Shown here: positions 12,166-23,100 of the stretch, piece after piece
Position numbering within the stretch: the first letter of the stretch is position 1
How the letters are laid out: each line of letters opens with the position of its first letter
DNA from: Paraspadella gotoi
Taxonomy: Eukaryota; Animalia; Chaetognatha
Direction of reading: 5' to 3'
Length of the DNA: 64,000 nucleotides
NCBI GenBank assembly: GCA_051294375.1
Contig: CM119264.1
Location: forward strand, 5,997,621 to 6,061,620
Made by a program: the position numbers and the translations under genes
Notes under the pieces: generated by a model
The model's input: the letters and a program-made list of their open reading frames with translations, nothing else
Database searches by the model: none
What the model was told of the DNA's origin: nothing

Positions 12166-13941
12166 TTATTCGTCAACTTTGATCCGCTTGGGTTCCGGCG
12201 TGGACTCTGCGTTCCCGTTGGAGACGGTGGGAGCGGCCGAATTTGCGTCGACGGCGCCGTTTTTGACCTCGCCGTTTTTAACGTCGCCGCCCTCGCCGGA
12301 GGTACATGCCGTTTCTTGCGAAGAGACACCGTCTTCAGTTTTGCGCTTGCGCCGGACGAGCGACGAAATGTTGTTGACGCCTGATGTAGAGAGGGAGGGG
12401 GCGGCGAAAGAGGATGAAGAAGAGGATTCTTTGTTAAGGTTTCGGCGAACTGGAATTCTTTTGACTTCGTTCGAAGACGACGACCCGAAAGTGATTTTTT
12501 GTCCATCTTCTTCACGAGGAAATGGAAGGGTGAAGAAAGAATTTACGGATTTTTCGGTTGCGGTTTTGCTTGAGCTAGAATCCGAAGTCGACGGAGCCTC
12601 CATTGTAGTCGTCGACGGGGCGGCCGATGCTGCCGAAGACCCCGAAGACCCTGCTCCGACCGATTTAGATGGGCTGCGGTGAAGATTCTCGGAAGCCTCC
12701 TTGACGGCTTGCGAAGCTTCGGAGTGCTCGGCCTCCATGTCTCTCGCGTCTTCGAATTTAGCGCGAATTTCAGGGAGCAGACCCTTCAAATCTTTCGCCT
12801 CCTCATCGGCCTTACGAACGGCCTCGTCGGCCATCGCCTTTTCCCTCGAGCCCCCTGCCGTGGCTTTGGCGACGCGGACGATCTCCTCGCAATTACCCAC
12901 GCGCGTCTCCAACACCTTCAGGGCGTGGCGAAAGTTAAGGCGCGCCTCCGAGTAATTCTTGTCAAAAGAGTAAGTCAATCCGAGCTGATAGTAAGTCTCG
13001 GCGATGTAGCGGTCGTCCTCGGGCAGGTGGCGCCGCTGAATCTCCAGGCAGCGGTTGAAATCATCGATGGCTGCATCGTAGGCCTCGGTCTCAAGGCTGA
13101 TCTCGCCCAGGGTCATGAAACAGTCGGCTGCCTTCATCTGCCGCTCCTTCGATGACGAGTCCTTGAGAAAGACGAGTTTGGCCAGCTCTACCATCTCCCA
13201 AGCCAATTGCAGGTTGGAGACGTCGTCGTCTACCTCGTTTTCTTCTTCATCTTCATGATCTTGAGATCCGTTCGCCGTCTCTCCGGCCTCAGTTTCAGTT
13301 TTTCTCTTCTTCGGCGCCGGTCTTTTGCCTTTGTCCTTTACGTCGACACCGACTGACTCTTCTTCTTTAGCCGTCGCTTCCAAATCCTCAACTTCCTCCT
13401 TTTCTTCGTCCTCTCCCTCTTTATTTTCATTTTCTCCCTCTTCTTCATCCTCTCCCTCCTCTTCTTCATCCTCGTCCTCCTCGTCATCGTCCTCCACTCC
13501 CGCGGCGGACATTCCTAGTACCCCGTTCTCGGTTCTGGCCAGTTCCAGCAGGGCTTGTCCGTATTGGAGATAGGCGTCGCCGCACTGCGAGGCCATCTGT
13601 CCGTAGACTTCGTCCATGATACGGCACGCCTCTTGGTAGGCGTTAACGGCTGAGTAAACGTCCTTGACCAGGAGATGACGTTTTCCCTGCATCATGAGCA
13701 TGGCCGCCTCCTGTTGCCGTTTCTGAGGTGTGACGGCGTCTTTGGGTCCAGAGCGTGAACCCGATGGCTCGGGGCTTGCCGGCGCCGTGACCGCGGAAGG
13801 GACGCCCGAACCGCCGACCCCGTTCATCTCCAAGAGGGCGTCGATACCCGCGTCGTCCATGGGTGGCTCTTCTTCTTCGTCGAGGTCGTCGACAGTGCCG
13901 CCAGGAAGAGAGTCAACGTTTTCGTCCGAATCCTTGAACAT
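12166..13941 (-). CDS. NASP: NASP / N1-N2 histone chaperone (SHNi-TPR family)
   Basis: QGKRHLLVKD...YGQALLELARTENGVLG, acidic tract interrupting TPR2, VSNLQLAWEMVELAK, LGEISLETEAY, IAETYYQLGL, NISSLVRRKRK NLS. ATG at 13941; a 13-nt upstream exon (14258-14270, MLLD, phase 1, acceptor ~13966) could extend it in frame. Confidence 0.95.
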   Translation of the reverse strand: MFKDSDENVDSLPGGTVDDLDEEEEPPMDDAGIDALLEMNGVGGSGVPSAVTAPASPEPSGSRSGPKDAVTPQKRQQEAAMLMMQGKRHLLVKDVYSAVNAYQEACRIMDEVYGQMASQCGDAYLQYGQALLELARTENGVLGMSAAGVEDDDEEDEDEEEEGEDEEEGENENKEGEDEEKEEVEDLEATAKEEESVGVDVKDKGKRPAPKKRKTETEAGETANGSQDHEDEEENEVDDDVSNLQLAWEMVELAKLVFLKDSSSKERQMKAADCFMTLGEISLETEAYDAAIDDFNRCLEIQRRHLPEDDRYIAETYYQLGLTYSFDKNYSEARLNFRHALKVLETRVGNCEEIVRVAKATAGGSREKAMADEAVRKADEEAKDLKGLLPEIRAKFEDARDMEAEHSEASQAVKEASENLHRSPSKSVGAGSSGSSAASAAPSTTTMEAPSTSDSSSSKTATEKSVNSFFTLPFPREEDGQKITFGSSSSNEVKRIPVRRNLNKESSSSSSFAAPSLSTSGVNNISSLVRRKRKTEDGVSSQETACTSGEGGDVKNGEVKNGAVDANSAAPTVSNGNAESTPEPKRIKVDE

Positions 13942-14279
13942 TGCGAGGGACGCAATGCAATTCGCTAGATTATCGAAGAATGGCAACGAGTTTATTTTCA
14001 AGTTCGACGCATAAGATGACTCTCTATTCCGCGATATTTTGTTACTAAAAATTTATAAGAAGCAACAATAACATCTCAAGAGAAAATAATTAATTTAAAT
14101 TGTACACGTTCAAAAAACCCCTTCGACGAGACTCCGACGAATCGGAAACAGAAAAAAAAATTGTATGTTAACTTAAATTTTCGCCGTATAATCTTAATTA
14201 ATTGCAATTTTAGCAAAGGCGATAAAAAACAGGAGGAGAGAGTCTAGAAAGGACTACCGTCAAGGAGCATGGTCGGGAA

Positions 14280-14640
14280 CAAAGCTGCGAGGTTCACATA
14301 AGACGACGACGATGACTGATTAACAGCGTCTTAAAATAACGGCGACGGCGTAATTTCTCGACTTCAACCGGACGTCAACTTAAAACTAGCCTCCCAGACG
14401 CTAATAATTTTTTTCTTTATTGGCAACGGATGGTGAAAAACCAACCATCTTTCTTAATCGGCGAGTTGGCGCAGAACGCGGCGATGTTCGCGATTTAATC
14501 CTCGTTTGGGCGTCAGCGAAGAATTCCTTTGTATACATTCAACAGAATTTCCGTTACAAATTAAGGCTCTAAGCAATGGTTTAGCAAAAGCGACCTCTTT
14601 GCAAATGTTCCATTGTTTCGGCTCGATTCGACCTTATACT
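14280..14640 (-). promoter_or_regulatory. CpG-rich putative NASP promoter
   Basis: CpG-rich stretch immediately 5' of NASP with GACGTCA/CGTCA (CRE-like) and CCAAT motifs. Confidence 0.4.
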
Positions 14641-14984
14641 GCCTTAGCCTTAATAGCATATATTTCATAAACCTTTAGAACGATTTAAAATCTTGGAAAA
14701 TTTTGCCTAATTAATATAATTATTTAAAATATCATTAATATTATAATTATTTTTTTTACAATTATTAATTTTTATTTATTCTTAAAGTAACCCGGAACTC
14801 TTCCCTAAACTCTATTTCCCAAGTTTTTTTCCCTTAACTAACTTGCCCCTAACCTCGAACTCGTCCTTTTAATTTAATTCAATCTGAAAATTAAATAATT
14901 TTCTGCCTTAAAAATAATAACAAAAAACTCAAAAGCATAAGGATCGTCGCAATCGCATAAGAAAAAATCTGGATTGACGACCAA

Positions 14985-15320
14985 AAAAAAAAAAAAAACA
15001 AAGAAAAAGAAGAAAAGAATAAATATAAAGAAAGAATAGAAAGGAAAAAAAGAATATAAAGAAAAAAAAATAGAAAAAGAAAAAAGAATAGAAAGGAAAA
15101 AAGAATAGAAAGGAAAGAAAGAATGAAAGGAAAGAATGAATAGAAAGGAAAGAAATAATAGAAAGGGAAGAAAAAATAGAAAGCAAAGAAAGAATAGAAA
15201 GGAAAGAAAGAATAGAAAGGAAAGAAAGAATAGAAAGGATAAAAAAAAAAAAAAGAATAGAAAGGAAAGAAAGAATGAAAGGAAAGAAAAAATAGAAAGG
15301 AAAGAAAAAAAATAAAGAGA
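14985..15320. repeat. Purine-rich tandem repeat (~18-20 bp unit GAATAGAAAGGAAAGAAA)
   Basis: Visible tandem units; source of the spurious Phe/Leu-rich ORFs 14874-15382. Confidence 0.85.
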
Positions 15321-16047
15321 GAGTGACGAGAAGAACGAAATAAAAATACGATGTTGCGATAACAAAATGATAACATGCACAAATGCGATGCCGAATTTTA
15401 CGAGTTCAATCCTAATTCAATTTTTTTTTTAAATAAAAACGCAGAGAGAGAGAGAAGCCAAATCGTTTTCGGACGAATCATCAGCGACAGCAGCAGAGGC
15501 AGCCAGAAAAAAAAAAAAAGAAATCAAAAGACAACAGCAGAAGCAGGAGGAAAGAAGAGAGAAAAAGAAAAAAGCCCCTGCGGAGCCAGCTGCAGACTCA
15601 GACGATAAGAATTATACTTTCTTTTATCAACTTTTTGCAAGAAATTCAAATCCGATCTTAAAATTTAAAAATTTGCATTTTGAAATTTTAGCCTATTATA
15701 TAATTATTACTATATATAAATATAGCTCACTGGTGCCCACTAATGTATAAAATTAAAAAATAAATTTACCAAAATATTTTTATTGGTTTTTATCTTCATA
15801 TTTTATATGCTAAATTTTAATTTTCTAAAAATTTATCATTTTCACATGACTCTATTGCACAATGTATTGTTTTCTAATATTTTCTCTCTCTCTTTCTTTC
15901 TCTCTCTCTTTCTCTCAATTTTTTACCATTTAATTTCTTTTCACAATCTAGCTCAATCTGTCTTCACCTTAACCTGTCCTCACATCTGACCACTGTTCTT
16001 TTCTCAACTCTGTGTTGGAAATTTTGCCCTCTCTCTATTTATTTATT

Positions 16048-16093
<46 letters not shown>

Positions 16094-16299
16094 TTTCTTT
16101 TTCACAAATGTTTTTTAAAAATTCACAAATAATTTTGACGCTGATGAAGGCTTGTACATCTCTAAAGCCAAAACATGTACGTCTTGTTACAATAAAAATC
16201 GTTGTTGAAACCAATTTCAAACGTCTTTTACTAATTCAAAAGACAACGAAACGAAAGGGAATTCACGATGAATAATAATATAATTATAACGTAACAATA

Positions 16300-16440
16300 T
16301 GAAATAGATCTTGCTGATTAGAAACTATATCTAAATTTTTTACTTCTTATGGTTATACACTTTTACTATTTCCAATTGTAAAAAAGCGTGATGACAACGA
16401 CAACAGTCACAAAGAAGCAGAAGCGAACCAACATCACGCA
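16300..16440 (+). repeat. 3' fragment of repeat family B
   Basis: CTTCTTATGGTTATACACTTT...TTTCCAATTGTAAAAAAGCGTGA matches 7880-7935 and 26540-26600. Confidence 0.65.
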
Positions 16441-17183
16441 AAGACAGGGTTAGGGTTAGCGAGATAAAAACGTCTAGCGAGATAAAAATAAAGAAGACCA
16501 TATGTAACATTTGCTTCCAAGAAATTTTAAAATGAAATGTCTAACTTCTAACCCACCACTGTCTTAAAATTTTCAATTTCCAGTATTTTCTTCGTCTAAT
16601 AACTTTTTCCTAACGTTTCCGCATCTAAATTAATTTTAACTAATGATTAGGTTTAAATTAACGCACAATTCTAATATAATACGCCCCTGTGTACTACACA
16701 GTGTGTAGTGTGTACAATGTAGCTCCTATTTTAAACTTGTACATAATGTTGTACAAAGTACATATCGTTTATCAAGAGGGAAAGTGACTGTTTTTCTCCT
16801 TAACGAATTGTACAATAGTATAATTGGCAGAATACAGGGAGCGAAGTGCTTGTAATTCGTTCGATTTAAAAAACACCATAAAATCTCACAATATAAACTT
16901 GTATCTCAAAGTCGCAACATATGTAATTCCAAGGTATGAAAAAAGGAAAGGGGGAAGTTTGCAGTTTAGCTTGTAATAACTACTATGTAGGCTACTAAAT
17001 AAATAAAGTTTTTTTCTTTAATTCATTTTTTTTTTTTCTGAAAGGAATCATCTGGAATGGACGGCCGTCTCCGGGATGCCCCTGAAATCGCCGCCGGCTG
17101 ACGTATATCAAGTTTTACCTAACGACTTCCGACTGACGTAAATCGACATCTCAGAGTCGGAAGCGGAGAGGATCGTCTCTCTC

Positions 17184-20100
17184 TCAGAGGGCATCGAAAA
17201 TTATCGGCGCGGCGGCTGGGGCGGCGTGGGCGGGGGCGGCTGTGGAGGAGGAAGAGAGGAGGTGGTGCTGATGTTGGATCTGCTGCAGCGGCTGGAGCTG
17301 CGGCGGGGCCGATCGGCGGCTGCAGACGGAGGAGGTGCTAGTGCGACGAAGCGGGGAGGCGATGGGAGTGGAGCCGAGGGAGCCAGAGCCGAAGCGGCGG
17401 GAAGGGGACGACACCGGCGTAGACCTCAACGATCCTGGGCAAATAAAGGTGGAGGTGAGAGAGAGATTGCGATCGGGAGAAGTCAATAGCGAATTTCAAG
17501 AACCCTGGGAGCGAGAGCCAAAAAAAGGGAGTAGGAGTCGACAAATTTCGGTCGGATCATAATTTCCGAAATTCGAAGCCAGATTATGTAAATCGAGAGT
17601 CGCGTAGGAGTTTTTTAGTTGCGCCGAGAGTCCTCGTAGACAACTCTATAAGTCACTTTTTATTTTTAAATATTTATAATTCCAATAATAATAAATTTAT
17701 ATTTGTTAAAAAGTACAGCACAATAAAAATTTAATATATTAATGTTAAGAATCATACTGGTTAATAGTGGTTATATGATTACTTAAAAAATAATTTTAAG
17801 ACCAAAAATCCATTATAAAGTAGTTTATAAAAATATATAATCACTTTAGTTAAAACTTAACAGACTGATAAATTATCAATAAATGTTATATTATATATTT
17901 TATTTTTATATAATCATGTAACCATTTAAATTAAAAATAGGGTTAAATGATCAGAAAATCAAAATCAATTAAAATAATTATCTTTATTTTTATAATTACC
18001 TAATCATCGAAATAAACGTTCAATGAAAGAAAATTATCACGGCGCAACACCTTAAACTTGCCGGTTTTTTTTTTTTAATTTAAAAGTCTCAGTGAGGGTA
18101 AGTTAATCAATGATCCCAGAAAAGTAGGGGGAACCGAGGATAGGAATAAAAAAAACCGCAAAGCGGGAGTAGATTAGCGACAAATCTTCGACAATCTCCC
18201 AACCCCACTTCCGGCATCAGTAATATCGATTATCCAATCGCGAATAATCTCGCGTCGTCACCAGAAATATGAGCCGGCCGGAAATAAAAGTAATCAATCG
18301 CTCACTCTCCTGACTCACCTCTCCAAGTTATTTTTTCGGAGTTGAGAAACAAAGAAAAATCACTCACCCCCCTTCTGCGAGCCCGAATCGTCGCTCCCCG
18401 CAGCCACGTACGAAAATAAACACAGAACCGCATAGCAGATCTCATTGGCCTGAAAGAAAAAGTAAAAGTCGGTTTACAAAGTACTTTTAGACCTGTTTAA
18501 GGGACCTATTAGTAGTATTAGTAAGTAATAAATGATAATAAACCAAAATCGAGATAAACAGAAAATTAAACTGATGTTAAACTGAAAATGGACCGAATTG
18601 CGTCAAAGATTATAAATGGTCGCAACACCGATCAAGCATATTCTAAAACCCTGAAGGGGTGTGGGAAAGATACCTTGGCCGACGTCGTTGCAGATTTTTC
18701 CGCTCGGCAAGACGCCGTTCAATTTGAGTTTCTCTGACGAGGTGGAATCCCAATAAAAGTTTAATACGTGACACCTTAAACTAATCACTTTCAGTTACCT
18801 TCCATTTTAACCCGTAGAATATCGTCATCTTTATTAAAGCCAGATCCGTGAGGGCCCCCTTTAGGTTCTACCACATTAGAATTGAGGTCATTTTCGAAAC
18901 TGCTCTGGGATTCGCTCCCGACTGATTCTGAACTCGGGGTCTCCGCCCCACGGGAGGAAAACGATTGGCGTTTTCCCTTTGGTGCCAGAAGTTTTCTTTG
19001 CATTCGAACGGACATGACACGAATGTAATGCAACAAGATTTGGTCAGCCTGACGCGATAAATGAATCGGATATAAATAAAATTAACGAAACTTAATAAAA
19101 CGTAAAATGGAAACGAAAATAAGAGTGGCCAGGGATATTACACTACCATTTTAGACTTGAAGCGACGATGAATTACCACTTTAGTTCTTGGATCTGAAAA
19201 TAAAAGACAACATTCGATTTTTATCATTCATCATGTGATGTGTGAAATGGCAAGTTTGTGACAGGTTAATTGAATTTTTTCCCCGACCAAAAATAAACAT
19301 GCAAAATAAACCCAGTTGGGTGCATAAAAATTATCTAGACCTCAAACATCCAATATCTAGTTTTGATAAAAACGTTTCGAAAAAGGTAATTTTTTACAGC
19401 TAATTAGTTATCAAAGGCTAGATACGGATGAACGTGCAAAATGCAACAGCAACAATCCCAATGCCTTAACTCGGGCAATGAATGATGTACAAACTGTAAA
19501 AAATGTCATAAAAAATGCGTAATAGATTCTAGACTAACGAGTGAACAATAAATTTTTCATGCAATAAGTAAATACGCATAATCGTAAACATTTCTAATAT
19601 TAAAAGACAAATTAAAAGAATTTTATTAATTGATTGACAATTTTACTGCATGTTCGAATCAAAAAATAGAAACTTGAAAAAAAAAATCACTAGTAACCAA
19701 GAAACCCAATAAAAAAATACATCAAACAAATTTATTAACTACACTAGAAAGATGAACATGCAGAAAAACACCAAAAAAGCTCGGAATATAAGTTATAAAA
19801 AAGTTTTTTCTGACACATTTTTTATTTGATGCTTATTTTAACAAAAATAAGAGATACTATAAAAGTATCAGAGAAACATTTAAAATAAAGGCTTTAGCTT
19901 ACCAAATTCATCTAACACAAATATGCCTCCCTTGTTGGTTCCGCATTTCTTGATTCTATTCAGCTCAATAAAATACTTTTGGGAGGAATATAAACAGAAA
20001 AGAAAATCAAAAGAATTAGTTTTCTTTTTAGCAGTGATTCATATGAAAATAGAAATTTGTATCATGATTTGTAATAAATTTAAATACCTCCCCGGTTGAA

Positions 20101-23100
20101 AAGCCTTTAAAACAATTTATAGCAGAATATGGTTTTTAACCTTTCAACCAAAGAAAAGTCTTCTAATTCAAGCATAAATAAACTGTGCTGTTATCTATTG
20201 CACTGCAGAAAAATTGTGCATTAACTTTACATGCATCTTGAACGGTTCCTTGAAGTCATTACAAATCATGGTATACTATGCAATTTTTTTTTAGTTTTAA
20301 TAAATAAAATAAAAGGAAAATTTTGTGAAGGGTTGAAATAAACAGACGGTGATGATTAAGAAAATACCAGAAGAGAAATACACCTATAAAGAAATTGATG
20401 CTGTTGCAATGAAATAAAATTAAGTCGCCTAGCTTAGCAACAAAAAACACGAGACTTCGCCAAATACGACAGCACAATCAGACACACAAGTGTAGCTAAT
20501 CGTTCGGTAAAATAGATAAGAGGTTTCAAGTGCCGGGTTAGATATTTTAGCTTAGATGTACTTAAGAATTCATTTTTCACATTTTTCTATACTGACATGG
20601 GTTATATTTTCTATACTGACACGGGTTGAATAAATATCTCTTTCTGAAAATACAACTGGGTTACTCAAATTCGATTGACATACGTGTCAATTATTAAGCG
20701 ATGCAAGAGTTTCCTCATCAGATATACATCCTGACCATTTGAAACCCACCGCTATAAAAAATTTACCATACGAAAACGTATAATTATTTTAAAATTGTGA
20801 CAAAATATACATAGAAAAATAATATACAAAAACAAACAACAAAGAAAGGAAAGGAACAAATACGAGCTTTTAAATCAGAAATAAAAGGAAATTCGTCACC
20901 TTAAATTCATGGCTCTTTTAAGCAATCATGAACTCACGAATTTGTGCTAATATGGGTATCACAAGAAAGTCCATTAAAAATTGATTCAGGAATATCGATC
21001 ATAATTTCTTAAAAGTAATATACACAGTAATATACCTTGCCATTAACTATTCTTAAAACTAATATCTTTGTTATTTTCCTTTCGTTTCGCTGATATAAAG
21101 TTTAAATATAAAAAAATTCGATTTTCACAACGAATTTGTTTTAATAATGCAAACATGTTTCGAATAGTATTCCATTCTTCTTCATTATATAATTTTCTTA
21201 TGCTACAGAATCAAAAAATATATCATAGTATTCAATTTTTGTGGGCTTTCATGCAATATCAACGTTTATTTTTAAATTTTTCACTTTAAAATATTAGGCT
21301 ATTGAGAGGAGAGATCATTTTCCAAGCAATCCAAAATCTCTCATTGTTTAAATAAAAGTAAACCAAAGGACATGAGATTTTAAATTTATTAATAGAGATA
21401 AAACATATACATTTTATATGTATAAATATCGTCACGTTTTTGTTTTGTGAATTTTTTCTAGTGGCGGGTTTCGAATTGTCACATAGTATTAAACTACACC
21501 ATTTTTTTTTTTTTCGGTTTCCACGATTTTTGAAAACGAAATAAATAGCAATTAGCAAATATTATTGAGCATTAAAAGTTTCGGTCTTGGTATTTTACGG
21601 ACGCGTGCCAATTGAGGGAGTGTTTTTTCTTCGGAAGATAAGAAATATTACGTCATCCGTTTCGACTCTCTATAAAAGCGGAGTTAGAAGCTTAGATGGA
21701 AAGTCGATTTTAAACCACCGAAAACTTTTTACTCGAACGAGAAACTTCTCTATTTTTGAAAATAAACTTGATCTCAAAGCAATTTGAAGACATCTCAACC
21801 TAAAATGAAAATGAACCAAAGTGCAATACTTCTTGTTGTTTTCTCTATATATTTATTGATCTCAACTGTGACCGCAAATCCACTTAAAAACTCTAAGGAA
21901 AGTGAAATCTCTGTTCTTGGAAAAATAAAGAAGTATAAAACATCTCGAAGTGATTTTTTGAACCAAAAGTATATGGCAAATTACCTTCTGAAAAAATACA
22001 TACGCCCTTTTACATTAATGAAGACGAAGTTCAAAAACAAAATTCGACATTCCAGAAAGAAGAGAAATCTACTTACCGACCTAATTCAACCTCACTTAGA
22101 CCGGTAATTATATTTTGAAACCAAACCAAGGACACTAGGATGCAATAATAGAAAGTGACTGGGGAGTGGGCACCGTTCTGATTACAAAATTTAAAAAAAA
22201 AATAAAGTCACTATGCTAGCGGTAGCCAACCGAATTTAAATTTTAATGGGAACAGCATTAAACGAATCCATTATTGGTATTAGTTATTGTGTTAAAATAT
22301 TTTTTTGCGAAAATTTTCCTAACCATGAATAATTTGTTAATTAAAATATTATATTGCTATATAATGTCAAAATTTTTTGGTTGATATTTTAAGTTTTTTA
22401 ATTGATTCTGATAGAGCTTAAAAAGTTAAGCAAAAAATATAATTACAACTTTTTTAAATTTTGATGTTTTATTACTAAAATCATCGGATGATGATGATGA
22501 TGCTGATTTTTTAAGGTTTTTCCCAATTTTAACCCACTTATCATCAAAATATTGAAAAAAGAATTATACTTTGTATAGAAAACTTTTCATAAGCTATCTG
22601 AATCTGCTTTTAAAAATATTAAAACAATTTTTTTACAATTCCTATCTATAAATAGATATTAAAAAATTAATTACTAGTGCTTGGAGCCATTTTAGAAATT
22701 TTTGGTCAATTGAAAGTTTTCTCAAAAATTTATGAAGTTTCATTTGGGAAGGTTCCCAAATCAAACTTCTGACCCCCCTAATTGACAAAGTTTGGCTCTA
22801 AATATGCAATACTATACGATGAATGTTAATATATTTTATATAAATTTTTTTTTGTACATATTTTTTAAGAGTAAAAGTTAATTGTATAATACGTTTAAAA
22901 AGTCTGCACTCAAAAGGTTCTTATTTAAATTTTTTTTTACAAAAACTTTCAGTGTGATCTCCGAAGTGGGGGACAAAGACCAACTATCCGAAGTGGTCGC
23001 CACGGAAATATTTCAAGTGTTGAAACCGATAATAGAAGAAATGATTGCGGCTCAAACATCGCAATTAGAAAGTTTGACGGGGCCAGCGAAAACTCGAGCG

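Noticed and set aside
12111-12546. Possible 37-40 nt intron in NASP shifting into the 134-aa alternative ORF
   Set aside because: Shorter than other introns here (~55 nt and up) and the unspliced frame retains the conserved ISSLVRRKRK motif.
3147-13573. Many antisense and shifted-frame ORFs overlapping KDM4-like, CDC73 and NASP
   Set aside because: Expected shadows of GC-rich coding sequence; no independent signals.
14874-15382. Phe/Leu/Ser-rich ORFs of 85-168 aa
   Set aside because: Translations of a purine-rich tandem repeat.
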